Source of the DNA: a virus
Direction: 5' to 3' (one strand)
IMG/VR virus record: IMGVR_UViG_3300022719_000039
Location: 18,935-82,934 of that record
DNA: 64,000 nucleotides
Shown here: piece after piece, positions 1 to 10,866 of the stretch
Position numbering within the stretch: the first letter of the stretch is position 1
Layout of the letters: each line of letters opens with the position of its first letter
Translations under genes and position numbers: made by a program
The notes under the pieces: model-generated
Told to the model about the DNA's origin: nothing
Databases searched by the model: none
Seen by the model: only the letters and a program-made list of their open reading frames with translations

Positions 1-3000
1 TACCGGTGTGTAAAAAACATTATTATTGCTTTCTCCTATTCTTGCATATATAAAGTCACTATCTTGTATAAACTTTTTATCTTTAAAACTAAATCTGGGA
101 TTATATATGAAAGGAGCACTGGCTACCTTATTATACTCATTGCTTTCTTTATTAACTACTAGATAACCTTTACTATTTGGCCTCCATTTTCTACCTCTAA
201 CTCTAGGAACTACATCAGGATTTTTCCAATTATTCCTGATAAAATCTCCTATATGCACAAAGTCAAACACATCCATTACATCTGACTTATTTGCTACTTT
301 TAAAGCATTTCCTAGCGTCTTACCAACACCAAGACTAACTAAGGTTTCAGTAGGTATTATATTGGAGAATGAATTCCTGCCAAAATTCATACCATTTGTA
401 GCAAAAGAATACCTTATTAAATCTTCCCCCAATTCTCTAAGGTCTACTCTATCTTGTTCTTCTTTATTTAACTTCTGTCCTTTTCTTAGCTTGGATTCAA
501 TAGTAGCATTAGTAGCATTGATCATGTTTAATAAGGATTCCGTTAAGATATTTTCTCTATTATTATCATTAACCTGTCTAAAATCTATTATGTGTAGTCC
601 TTTATTTTCTTCTATATCTGATTCACTAATTTTCGGATTTAAAAAGTCTAATATATGCTCCCCTGTACCTAGTAAATCCTTTCTCTTTTGTTTAAGCTCC
701 TTTAACTTTTGAGCAGTCGATTTATTAGATTCTCTAAGGTCATCTGCATTATTTTGAGTTATTCCCATAACTCTGGCAGTATCAATATGAGCAAAGAAGT
801 CATTTCCCAACCTTAACAGAGTTGATGTAGAAAAGTTATGAAGCCTGTTTAGTAAAGCCGGATCATTCTTTACTCCTCTGTTTACAGCAAAGTTAGATAA
901 GTTCCTATAAGCTCTGCTTGCCTGTATAAATACATTAGAATAAAATTTTAAGCTAAGTAAGTTTGAGTAATTATAGAAAGCCGCTAAAGGTTTATAAGCA
1001 CTTTCCTCTACGTCAATAATAGGAGAATCTTGTGTCAAGTCTAATGGCAATATTGCTTGTATAGCTGCTTGTTCACCAGACAAGAATCTAGGCCCTAATT
1101 GCTCTTTATTATTACCAAAGTCAAAAGGATATATGCTTGCATCCCTTATTTTATTTAGTATTTCATCTGTAGTACTTAAAAAAGGCCCTGCGCCGATAGT
1201 ATCTAACTTAGAAGCCTGTACAGTTGTGTTTATTGCATCACTAGCCTTCTTAAAAGTATAGAAGTTATGAACTACACGTAACTGATTAGATAGATAAGTT
1301 AATCTTTCTTGTGATCTATCTACTTCCTGACCTTCTTTTGTTAACAGAGGAAATTTAGAAGAATCTTTAATAGCTTTATTAAGTTGTCCAAAGCTAAAAG
1401 CTGTTACTTTATAAGGATTAAAACCTAGCCTTTGAACAACTTCTGCCCTTTTTAGCTTTTTAAATGTTTCTGCAATTACTTTTGCTCTTTCCAATGTAAC
1501 ATTTCTAGTAACTGCTATTATTTCTGTTATAATTGCTGTTTCTGCTTCTTTCCTATCATTAACTTCAGAAATTAGTCCAACAGAAGGCTGTGATATAAAA
1601 GATGCTGCTGTATTTATATCAATACCAGTAGATACTAAAGAATGAAATATAGGAAATGTTAATGTTGTAGTTCCTATTCTGCCAAGTACAGGATTATTAA
1701 CATTATCTACAGCAGCAGCTAATGTTTCTGCTGATATTTCAGTAAGAAGTTCTCCTTGTATATTTAAATTTGAACCATCTACAGTATGTCCAACATTACT
1801 AAATTCTATAGTAATACTATCTTTATCTTCATTAACTATAGAATCAGCATATCTTTTTCTAACAGTATCTACATCTAAAGCTTTTTTGCTATATTTAAAT
1901 TTAAAAGCTATGTCTTTTCTTATACGTCCTTTAATTTCTTGAGCTACAGGCAGAAAAGAATTAAGGTTAGCTGCTATACCTTTTAATTCTCTACCAGCAA
2001 TATTTTGTTTCCTAAACGATAATTGGGAGCTATAACTAGAAAAAGCCTGTTCAAGTTGTTTAACACCTTTTAATTCATCAAGTCTGTCTGCTGCTTTTTC
2101 TAGTCTACTAAATCCAGTTGCATTCAATACTTCTACTCTGTGTTTCTTATCAGATAATACAGACCTCATTATGTCAATTAATCTATTCTCTCTTGCCTGT
2201 ATAGAATTATCACTAGGTAACTTACTAGAGTTATACTTTATCTTTTTTCTGTTATTGTCCAAGTTATACCTAAACATAAATAACTCATCTACATCAAAGT
2301 CAGAATTCATTTGTACAGCTAACTCTTTAGGTATGTTTATTAAAGATGAAGATTCTTTAGGTAGGAATCCTACAACTTTTAAAACAACAGTTGTACTTTT
2401 AGAATCGGTAGGTATTCTTATGCCTAACATTTCTAAAGCTTCATCTGGTATACTATCTATTGGTACAGGATTACCATTTTTACTAAAAAACTTAGAAGTC
2501 CATCTAGGCACTAATACCTCTGCCTCCATAATATTACCTTTTTCAACATACTGTAACTCAAGACCTTCTTCCCTTTCCAAAACTTCCTTTGTATATTCTA
2601 TCCCCGTATCTAATACTTCTCCTAAATCTTCTACTGTTTGACCTCTTTTCATAAAGGTGTTAGAAAATTGTACAGCAGCAAAACCGGGTAATTTTTGATT
2701 AGTAACCCTGTTAGTAAATAACGATGTGGCTAAAGCTTCAAATTTCCTACCTAGATTAGGACTAAATAAGGGTAAATTAAACTCTTCTTTTCCTGTTAGA
2801 GGAGTTTGTAAAGCCTGATCATAATTAAGTGGTAGTAATCTGTCAGAAGCTTCTTTTCTAAATATGCTTCTTAGTTTTTGTAAATTTAATAAAGTGGTTT
2901 GTAGATCATCATTTTCTATTATTCCTCCTAACTCCTCAACTAACCTAGTTCCAGAATCTACAATGTTTTGACTATAAATATCAAAGAATAACTTTAAAAG

Positions 3001-6000
3001 CTTATCTCCTTGTATACTTTTACCATCTACTGTATACTTTTTATCTTTTTGTAAATTACCATGAAATATTCTTGAAACTTGTGTGGCCAGTTTAGTTCTT
3101 GAATCCTGAATATGGCCGGGAACTTCTAATACTGTTTGCCAGAATCTGCTTGGTATAGTTTCTATAGGGGCAGATTTAAGACTAGCTATGTTTACATTAC
3201 CTTCTTCATCATGAATCCTAGTTACATTTTTAGTTCCTACTTTAGAAGCACTGGCATATATAACTTCATCAACTCCATTCCCCTCCATATCAGTTCTTAT
3301 CTTGTCTATTTCAAGACCTTTAGTTAATCTTGGGATAAGGGGTATAGTAGAGTACTTTATTTGCCTTGTAACAAATATTCCTAAATCATTATCAAAAAAT
3401 CTACCATGATAGAATCCTTTTCTAGGTTCTAATAAGGTTTGTAACTCGTCACTTTCTAAGTTTTCCCCTCTAGAAGCTCTTTCTATTAATTCTTCTAAGT
3501 TAGGCGTTAACTTGCCTTCATCTAACAAAATATTTTTTAATCTTTCTAAAGTTATGTAACCACTAGCATCTGTACTTTCAAAATTTCTATATAAGTTTGC
3601 TGTTTCTTTATTAGTAAGTTCTTCTACTCTATTTGCAAGCTTAGAAGAAAAGACAACATCGGCAAGTACTTTATAAGTTATGTTATTTTTAGTATTAATT
3701 CCAGAACCCTTAATTCCGGGAACTATAAACCCTTTAGCCCTTTTATTTACCTGACCATCATTAGAACTTTCCTTAAATTCTGACGGACTTCCTATAAATA
3801 AATTTAAGGTTTCAGTATTAGCAATAAAATAATTTAAGGCAAACTCCGATACAAACTCATCATAGTTAAGATTTTGCTTGCTTGTAATACTTTCTATATT
3901 CTTTCTTATAGGTTCAAAAGACTCTTTAACTCTTTGAGTTTCTAAAAATACAAATTCTGCAATAGCATCTTCTATCTGTTCTATACTCTCATTTCCTTGT
4001 AAACCATTCTTTATAACACCATTTAGTCTAAGATTACTATTATTCAGACTAGGAAAATGGTGAAATTGGAATACTCTTCCAACCGGTATACCATCTTTAG
4101 AATAAACTCTATTTCCATTACTATCTAAAGTATAGTGATAATCTAATAATAACTGCTCTTCTTTAAGTCCTTCTTTTAGCTTTAATTCCCTTGTTTCAGC
4201 ATCTACTACAGGTAAACCATCGTTATCTAATTCAAACAAAGCATTTTTTGCATGAATCATGGAATCCATCTCTTGTAGTATTATATTTCTTAAAGCATCA
4301 TGTAATTCATTGCCTTTTTGAAGAACACCCCCCGGACTAAAGTTGCCTCTATATCTTTTACTTCTTATATAATAAACAACTCCACCATCTGAAGGTATAG
4401 GAATAGAATACTTGGCAGTATTAATAGTTTTTCTATTAAGTACGTCTGTATCATTTATAAACTTGAGTACGTTAATAAGATTCCAACCATTATTATCTAG
4501 TTTGCTATACTTAGTACCTACAAATTCATCAGCATTTTTAACAGCATCAAAAAGTGTGTAACCAAACCTTTCTAAAAAATCTGTATTTAGTACAGGTAAT
4601 CCTTCACTATCTGTTAAGAAATTATCTCCTTCAAACTTAACTATTTGTCTTAACCAATTTGATCTGTTTAAGTTTTTTGAATTCAAATAGTTTAATAACT
4701 GTCTCTTAAATTCTGTCTTTTCTTCTGGTATTTGAGACTTTGCAAGCGCAAAGAAATCACTTAAAAAAGTAGGCAAATAAACTGATTGCACTAAATTATT
4801 TTCCCCATTTAAATAACTATTTTCAGTTACGTCAAATCTATATAAAGAGGTTCTTCTTGTTACTCTCCTTATATCTCCTAGTATGTCTACTCCGCCCTCT
4901 GATAAAGTATTAAGTATTCTATTTAAAGGAGTTATAAATCTAAATTCTAATAAAGAGCTAGGATTACCAAAACTATTAAGACCTATTGCATCCTGTGATT
5001 CAGCTTCGAACATTTGTTCTAAGAAATTTTCCCCATCACGTACTACATCAAATCCTAGAAGGGAATAGACATTTGAAAGCTCTTTAAATATACTATCTTT
5101 ATTCTTGGGAAAGTTATCTAATAATCTCTCTAATTTGTTTATCTTAGTCCTTACTTCTTTAATGCTAAACAGCCCATCTTCAAATCTACTTAAAATGTTA
5201 GTACTCCATTCAGAAGCTAAATTCAGTTGAGGGCTATTGTTATTTGATATTAAAGTTTTATGAGTTATGCTATCATCGTCTAATAACTCTACTATATCTA
5301 AGTCTGCTCTTGGAGATTGATTAGAAAAATGAGAAAACCAAGCACTTAACCACCTCTCATTGCTTTCCAGTTGATCTTTTAGATAGCCTAAACTAGGATC
5401 AAATCTTGATAATTGTCCTAGCTTGAATAACATGCCTTCTGTACTGTGTATGTTTGCCAGATTATTTAATAAGTAGGGATATACTGAATCGAAGTCCAGA
5501 AATTGTTTAAGACCTAAAAAATTACTGGTTTTAGGCACATATCTCTTTTTACCATCTTTTGTAATATCAATTTTTTCTACAGCAAAAGTAGTTCTGATTA
5601 TGCTTTTAAGTAAGTCTGTAACTCTGTTCTTAGGATTGATACTTAACGTACCTTCATCTTCAAAAGGTTTGACAAGTAATACACTTTCCTGATTAAGAAC
5701 ATCTTCAAATGCAGCAACTCCACTTTGTTGTACTATTTTGTCCTTAGTAATCTCCCAAATGTTTCCAAACTCTGTCAGAACTCTATTAACATTTGTTCTC
5801 TGACTTTCATTTAATTCTACAGACTTTCTCTTAAAAGCATCAATTATAGTTGTCTTATGCTGTTCTTCGCTAAAGTCTGGATTATTTCTTTTAGATATTT
5901 CAAACAAAGGTATTATGGCATTTACAGCAAGCCTTGTTTCAACATTACTTAATGAACCTGTGTCAGCTTTTTTATTTGTTTCCAAAGGAATCATAAACTG

Positions 6001-9000
6001 GGTCAGATCATTATTATCTGTATTAGTATTTATATCCTCATTTTTTACATTGAAACTTAATCCCTGACCATCAAGAATTTTAGTTAATTCGTCTAACTTT
6101 GTAGGCTGACCTGTAATTTGCTCTATTATGTCTAATATTATATTCTTTAATTGTTGCCATAATGTTTCTTTTTTACCCGGAACAATATCTTTGTCAGCAG
6201 ATAAAGAAGTAAGCCATTTAGCCATACTTAGATTAGTGTATGCAAACGCTACTACTTCTTGTGGTGAATTATTAATTATATGACTAAGTTTACTCCTAAC
6301 ATCTGAAGGAGCATCAAGTATCTTATCTTTAATGCTATTAACAAAGGCTAGAAGGTCATTATCTAATCTTGCCTTATCTACAATCCCTCTTGATAAAATT
6401 GCATGAATAGCTTCATGTGCTAAAGCTTCCTCTAGGCTAACCTTTACCTCTTCAGTAGATTCTGCCATCTCTATTGCATTTCTGGCAAATGATATAGTAT
6501 TATTAGAGCTATCATATATAGCAAAAGCATTAGTATTACCTTGTGAAGATACAGATTCCGAACTCATATTAACTCCCAACTTTCTGGCGGCTTCAAGTAT
6601 AGGCATAAATTTTGAGTTTTCTAATCCAACGGATTTAGCAAAGTCTATTATGCTACCACTCCAATCAGCATTTGAAAGCTTATGAGTTACAGTACTAGTA
6701 TCTTTTTCTAATTGCTCTTTAGTAGCTAAAGGTTTTACACTTGAAAATAAAAAACCTTCATCTTCTTCTGTTTTTTGTTCCTTGTTTAAGTTAAATTCTC
6801 CTATAGCTAGAACTAGGTTAGACTTAGGTGCTTTTCCTTTAAGAGAAAAGTTAGTAATTATTTCCCCTTTACTGTTTTTAACTACTCCTACATCTGTTAC
6901 AAGTCCTCTGGTTTCATTTATAAAAGTATTATAATTAGAATAAACAGTACTATTATCTAATGGGCTAATATATTCTTTATTAGTGTTAGCCAAGTTTCCA
7001 TCTATATTCCTTAGTAATCTAGGAAGAGCTTTCTTGATTAAGGAAGATGATTCTATTTGGTCGATACTTATATCTTTAGAGGGTTTGGTTACTTTGAATT
7101 TACCATTCTTTTGTTGTATAGATTCCCTTATTCTAAGTATGGTTGTATCAGTTTTATCTTTTTTATTATAAAAAATTTCTACTCTTTTTCTAGTGCCTGA
7201 TTCATCTATATAAGATAATTCCAGTCTGTCTTGAGTAAAGTATACTCCACCTTTACCCTGAAAAGTAATCTGGTTAATAGTATCTTTTAACTTAATACCT
7301 GCCTGTGATGTTAGGAAGGAACTACTGTTAAGTGTAACATTTTCAATTAACTGTTTAATTAACCCTCCCACTCTTTCCTGAAATGGGGTAGTCAATCTTT
7401 GACTTACAAGCTTTACAGGAAACCTTTCTTCGTTAGGTGCCTCTACTACAGTATAAATAGCTCCTTTAGTATAAGTTTTATCCCTGTTATTGAGAACAGA
7501 TTCAAAATCTCTTGTTCTTCTGCTGAATTCTCTTTCAGATTCAGGAGCATTAAAGGCTTTAAGATTTGTAGAAGAAGAACCTATTGTATATAACTTAATG
7601 TTTTCCCCAAATGAATCAAATAACCTTACTTTTTTAGCTATGTTAATTATACTACCAGAGTTTAACTTTATTATTTTAGCATTACCTATATCTATACTTG
7701 ATTCTGTTTTAGATGCACCTTGCAACATCTTAGCAGCTTTATTTCTTAAAGACCTTATAGTTTGCAAATCTTTTTCAGCGCCTTTAATCCTCTCATCTTT
7801 TTCAGCCTCACTTAATGTTTGATTTCTACTTAATTTTGTCTTTAAGATTTCTATAAATTTATCTTTACCTAGTATAGTATTTACTGCTCCTATTTTATTT
7901 CCTTTACTATTTATTATTTCTATTGTTATATTATCAGGAGTTATGTTTTTTGTTTTCTTAGGTCTTACAACCCTTAAAGTTACTGTATCACCTTCAGATA
8001 ATTCCCCGTTTAATATGTCAAACATACCTGTACCCTCATCCAATGTATGTGATGAACCATCTGTAATGCTATTACTGGAATTATTAGCTGAATCTATAAG
8101 AAATATAGATGTAGTTCCTTCTAAATTAACAGATTCCTGTGGTACATTCTCTTGGGGGGTAGTTTCTTGAGAAGAAACCTCTTCTGGAATAGTTTCTTGA
8201 GTTAAAACTGGTTGTGGAGTAGTTTCTTCTGGAGTAGTTTCTTCTGGAATAGTTTCTTCTGGAATGGTTTCTTCTGGAATGGTTTCTTCTGTACGTGCAG
8301 ATTCTGTACTTTCATCTTGAGAAGAATTTACTTCTTGTAATACTCCATCAGTTCTGCTATCATCTGCATTTTCTTCATTTAAATCGGATAACTCTTTATT
8401 TCTATTTTCTTCTGGTTTCTCATTGTTTTCCCTTGCTTCTTTCCGTGCTTGATTTGCTTCCTTTAAATCGTTAAGTCTGTCTACTTCTCTATCGACTATC
8501 TTTGCAGCTTTTTCTCGTATACTAGGTTCGGGAATAGATTCAGCAAATTCTTGAAGACTTTTTATAGCATTGTCAATTTGTTCATTAGTAGCTGAATTGA
8601 AGTTAGGTATTTCAGCATTTATAGCTTCTTTTACCGCCTTGTTCAAAAACTTACTTGCATCACCTTCAATTTGTTTAAAGTCATTTTTAGCTGTTTCTAC
8701 TGCTTCTTCTGAAAAAGAATTATTTACTTCTTGTTCAAGTATGGGAACAAGTTCATCAGAGGCTAATAAGTCTGCCTCTAAGTCTATTATTTCTCTTAAA
8801 GCTGAAGTAACATTTTCATTGTTTACTTCTATATTTGATAGATCAATAACATCTTCATCCTTGTTTAATTCTTCTCTCTTTCTTTCTAGGTTTTTAATTA
8901 AGTTATCAAACCTTTTGGTAGGAGCTTCGGTAACACCTTCAGGACTATTCAAAGCATTTAAAGAGGTTCTCTCTATTTCTGATAAAACCTGAAGCTGTGG

Positions 9001-10863
9001 TATTAAAGAATTTATTGCTTTTAATGTAATTGACTTATCAACATCACCTTCAATTACATCTCTAACTTGTTTAAGTACACCTGAATTTAATTTTAAGGTA
9101 GCTAACTTATCTCTTAAATTATCTTGTTTATCTTTTTCAATAGATAATTTTCTACTCTTTGCAGCAAATCTTTTAGCCAGTAGGTTTTTAATTTCTTCTT
9201 CTTCATCTTTAACAGTTACTATCCTATTGTTTAATTCTTTAAATATAGATTCTCCTGTTTCTATACCTCTAGTTAGCTCACCTACTGCATTTTGTATACC
9301 TTCTTCTGTAGCAAACCCTAATTCTATTAGTTTTTTCTGAAAATCAACATCTTCAATCTGATTTAGAGCTAATCCTACATTACCTGAACGTGCTGAAGAA
9401 AGACCAATATCAACACCTAAATCATTTACTATTTCTCTTATCTTCCCCTCTTTACGTTCATCTGTAAATTTGCTATAGTCTACCTTTTTTCCTGAAGGAG
9501 TTTCTACAGTATCACCATCTTGTATAGATTTTATCAAACTTGCTACTTTACCTACCTTAGCTTTCCTAGCTTCTATTTCACCTAGTCTCCCTTTAAATCC
9601 TGTGGGAACATTTCTCGGCCTTACTAGTTTTGCTCCTCCTTCAAAAGCAACCCCACCTAATACACCAAAAAGAGCAGCTTCATAAAATCTTCCATCTGAA
9701 GTATATTCAGCAAGTCTTTCATCAAATGTAGAATCGTCTAATCCTACTAAGTTTTTTCCTAAAGAAAGTCCTTCCCCTGTACCTACAAAATTTACCATTT
9801 CTTCTACACCTTCAGTAAGTTGCCTTCCTGTAGAAGAATATATAGGACTAAACCTGTCCAATATCCTATCACCTATCTTGACTTCCTTCCCTAAATTAGC
9901 TTTGGATAGTCTTCTGCCTGCTCCTGCTCTTGTAAGTAATTTGCTCAACCCACCAAAAGCTACAGCAGTTTGAGCGAAGTCAAATACTATATTAGCAGAG
10001 TTTACAGCATAACTTCTCCAAGCCGCTTTAGCAGCAATAAAATCCGTTAGACTTTCTTTTGTTACTTCTCTACCTTCTTCACGAAGTTCTTTAGCTGCAT
10101 CAGATTGAAGTGCTTTTTGCCAAGCTTCTTCATTTTTAAACCTGTTGATTAACATTTGTCTTGTTTGCAGTATTACTTCCCCACCTTCTCTAAAGTTCTC
10201 ACCATTCCTCATTATTCCTGCTGCTGTACCAGTTTTTGCTAAGAATTTAGCAGTACTACCTATTCTTCTGCTTAAATTAGATAATCTTGCCAAGTATGAA
10301 GCTGCTCCTACTGTACCTACTGCTGGTAAAAGTAAACCTAGAGTTGAAAATACAGATACCCCATTTTGGAACCACCAAGCAGGGTCTTTTATATCAAATG
10401 TTTCATTAGGATTCTCTTGAAATATAGGAAATTCTTCACGTCCAAACTCCCTTATACTTCTTCCTAGTTCTATTATGTCATTATTAAAGTCAGCATCTTG
10501 ATTATTTATTTCATCGAATACTGCTTCGCCTAGCGCCCCAATAGAACCTATTCCTTCTATAGTACCACCTACAACTTCTCCTAATACTCCTTGAGCTAAG
10601 AAATTACCAAATTGATTTAAAGTAGATTGGTGTTGTGCTCTTAATAACCTATTATCTGCATTTGGTTTTATATTAAAATTAAACTTTCTAGTATCTATAG
10701 AAAAGTCAATAGCTCCTAATCCTTCCTGTGTAGGTAAACTGTTTAATACATCCTTTAAACCAGAAGGAATACCCGTAGTTATATTAGCTCCTTCTACTAT
10801 AGGAATACCCCCGGGATCATCAGTTAATCCTGCATTTACAAGACTTTCTCTACTTAACGGCAT
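1..10863 (-). CDS. Giant virion-associated RNA polymerase polyprotein (crAss-type two-barrel vRNAP plus zincin domain plus N-terminal cargo-like region); 3' end lies outside the window, >3621 aa
   Basis: ATG at 10863 (MPLSRESLVNAG...). The ORF track lists no long minus-strand ORF here, consistent with a frame that has no stop before the window edge. In-frame motifs: DFDVD at 2287-2301 in QMNSDFDVDELF, LGIRIPTDSKS near 2400-2430, KYSTIPLIPRL near 3325-3360, HEAIH at 6403-6417. Lies downstream of the crAss tail module. Confidence 0.9.
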   Translation of the reverse strand, partial: MPLSRESLVNAGLTDDPGGIPIVEGANITTGIPSGLKDVLNSLPTQEGLGAIDFSIDTRKFNFNIKPNADNRLLRAQHQSTLNQFGNFLAQGVLGEVVGGTIEGIGSIGALGEAVFDEINNQDADFNNDIIELGRSIREFGREEFPIFQENPNETFDIKDPAWWFQNGVSVFSTLGLLLPAVGTVGAASYLARLSNLSRRIGSTAKFLAKTGTAAGIMRNGENFREGGEVILQTRQMLINRFKNEEAWQKALQSDAAKELREEGREVTKESLTDFIAAKAAWRSYAVNSANIVFDFAQTAVAFGGLSKLLTRAGAGRRLSKANLGKEVKIGDRILDRFSPIYSSTGRQLTEGVEEMVNFVGTGEGLSLGKNLVGLDDSTFDERLAEYTSDGRFYEAALFGVLGGVAFEGGAKLVRPRNVPTGFKGRLGEIEARKAKVGKVASLIKSIQDGDTVETPSGKKVDYSKFTDERKEGKIREIVNDLGVDIGLSSARSGNVGLALNQIEDVDFQKKLIELGFATEEGIQNAVGELTRGIETGESIFKELNNRIVTVKDEEEEIKNLLAKRFAAKSRKLSIEKDKQDNLRDKLATLKLNSGVLKQVRDVIEGDVDKSITLKAINSLIPQLQVLSEIERTSLNALNSPEGVTEAPTKRFDNLIKNLERKREELNKDEDVIDLSNIEVNNENVTSALREIIDLEADLLASDELVPILEQEVNNSFSEEAVETAKNDFKQIEGDASKFLNKAVKEAINAEIPNFNSATNEQIDNAIKSLQEFAESIPEPSIREKAAKIVDREVDRLNDLKEANQARKEARENNEKPEENRNKELSDLNEENADDSRTDGVLQEVNSSQDESTESARTEETIPEETIPEETIPEETTPEETTPQPVLTQETIPEEVSSQETTPQENVPQESVNLEGTTSIFLIDSANNSSNSITDGSSHTLDEGTGMFDILNGELSEGDTVTLRVVRPKKTKNITPDNITIEIINSKGNKIGAVNTILGKDKFIEILKTKLSRNQTLSEAEKDERIKGAEKDLQTIRSLRNKAAKMLQGASKTESSIDIGNAKIIKLNSGSIINIAKKVRLFDSFGENIKLYTIGSSSTNLKAFNAPESEREFSRRTRDFESVLNNRDKTYTKGAIYTVVEAPNEERFPVKLVSQRLTTPFQERVGGLIKQLIENVTLNSSSFLTSQAGIKLKDTINQITFQGKGGVYFTQDRLELSYIDESGTRKRVEIFYNKKDKTDTTILRIRESIQQKNGKFKVTKPSKDISIDQIESSSLIKKALPRLLRNIDGNLANTNKEYISPLDNSTVYSNYNTFINETRGLVTDVGVVKNSKGEIITNFSLKGKAPKSNLVLAIGEFNLNKEQKTEEDEGFLFSSVKPLATKEQLEKDTSTVTHKLSNADWSGSIIDFAKSVGLENSKFMPILEAARKLGVNMSSESVSSQGNTNAFAIYDSSNNTISFARNAIEMAESTEEVKVSLEEALAHEAIHAILSRGIVDKARLDNDLLAFVNSIKDKILDAPSDVRSKLSHIINNSPQEVVAFAYTNLSMAKWLTSLSADKDIVPGKKETLWQQLKNIILDIIEQITGQPTKLDELTKILDGQGLSFNVKNEDINTNTDNNDLTQFMIPLETNKKADTGSLSNVETRLAVNAIIPLFEISKRNNPDFSEEQHKTTIIDAFKRKSVELNESQRTNVNRVLTEFGNIWEITKDKIVQQSGVAAFEDVLNQESVLLVKPFEDEGTLSINPKNRVTDLLKSIIRTTFAVEKIDITKDGKKRYVPKTSNFLGLKQFLDFDSVYPYLLNNLANIHSTEGMLFKLGQLSRFDPSLGYLKDQLESNERWLSAWFSHFSNQSPRADLDIVELLDDDSITHKTLISNNNSPQLNLASEWSTNILSRFEDGLFSIKEVRTKINKLERLLDNFPKNKDSIFKELSNVYSLLGFDVVRDGENFLEQMFEAESQDAIGLNSFGNPSSLLEFRFITPLNRILNTLSEGGVDILGDIRRVTRRTSLYRFDVTENSYLNGENNLVQSVYLPTFLSDFFALAKSQIPEEKTEFKRQLLNYLNSKNLNRSNWLRQIVKFEGDNFLTDSEGLPVLNTDFLERFGYTLFDAVKNADEFVGTKYSKLDNNGWNLINVLKFINDTDVLNRKTINTAKYSIPIPSDGGVVYYIRSKRYRGNFSPGGVLQKGNELHDALRNIILQEMDSMIHAKNALFELDNDGLPVVDAETRELKLKEGLKEEQLLLDYHYTLDSNGNRVYSKDGIPVGRVFQFHHFPSLNNSNLRLNGVIKNGLQGNESIEQIEDAIAEFVFLETQRVKESFEPIRKNIESITSKQNLNYDEFVSEFALNYFIANTETLNLFIGSPSEFKESSNDGQVNKRAKGFIVPGIKGSGINTKNNITYKVLADVVFSSKLANRVEELTNKETANLYRNFESTDASGYITLERLKNILLDEGKLTPNLEELIERASRGENLESDELQTLLEPRKGFYHGRFFDNDLGIFVTRQIKYSTIPLIPRLTKGLEIDKIRTDMEGNGVDEVIYASASKVGTKNVTRIHDEEGNVNIASLKSAPIETIPSRFWQTVLEVPGHIQDSRTKLATQVSRIFHGNLQKDKKYTVDGKSIQGDKLLKLFFDIYSQNIVDSGTRLVEELGGIIENDDLQTTLLNLQKLRSIFRKEASDRLLPLNYDQALQTPLTGKEEFNLPLFSPNLGRKFEALATSLFTNRVTNQKLPGFAAVQFSNTFMKRGQTVEDLGEVLDTGIEYTKEVLEREEGLELQYVEKGNIMEAEVLVPRWTSKFFSKNGNPVPIDSIPDEALEMLGIRIPTDSKSTTVVLKVVGFLPKESSSLINIPKELAVQMNSDFDVDELFMFRYNLDNNRKKIKYNSSKLPSDNSIQARENRLIDIMRSVLSDKKHRVEVLNATGFSRLEKAADRLDELKGVKQLEQAFSSYSSQLSFRKQNIAGRELKGIAANLNSFLPVAQEIKGRIRKDIAFKFKYSKKALDVDTVRKRYADSIVNEDKDSITIEFSNVGHTVDGSNLNIQGELLTEISAETLAAAVDNVNNPVLGRIGTTTLTFPIFHSLVSTGIDINTAASFISQPSVGLISEVNDRKEAETAIITEIIAVTRNVTLERAKVIAETFKKLKRAEVVQRLGFNPYKVTAFSFGQLNKAIKDSSKFPLLTKEGQEVDRSQERLTYLSNQLRVVHNFYTFKKASDAINTTVQASKLDTIGAGPFLSTTDEILNKIRDASIYPFDFGNNKEQLGPRFLSGEQAAIQAILPLDLTQDSPIIDVEESAYKPLAAFYNYSNLLSLKFYSNVFIQASRAYRNLSNFAVNRGVKNDPALLNRLHNFSTSTLLRLGNDFFAHIDTARVMGITQNNADDLRESNKSTAQKLKELKQKRKDLLGTGEHILDFLNPKISESDIEENKGLHIIDFRQVNDNNRENILTESLLNMINATNATIESKLRKGQKLNKEEQDRVDLRELGEDLIRYSFATNGMNFGRNSFSNIIPTETLVSLGVGKTLGNALKVANKSDVMDVFDFVHIGDFIRNNWKNPDVVPRVRGRKWRPNSKGYLVVNKESNEYNKVASAPFIYNPRFSFKDKKFIQDSDFIYARIGESNNNVFYTPV
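8161..8290 (-). repeat. Coding 15-bp tandem repeat giving a (P)EET(I/T) low-complexity linker in the giant protein
   Basis: Repeated agtttcttctggaat/ggtttcttctggaat units, translating to EETIPEETIPEETIPEETTPEETTPQ. Confidence 0.85.
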
Positions 10864-10866
10864 GCT

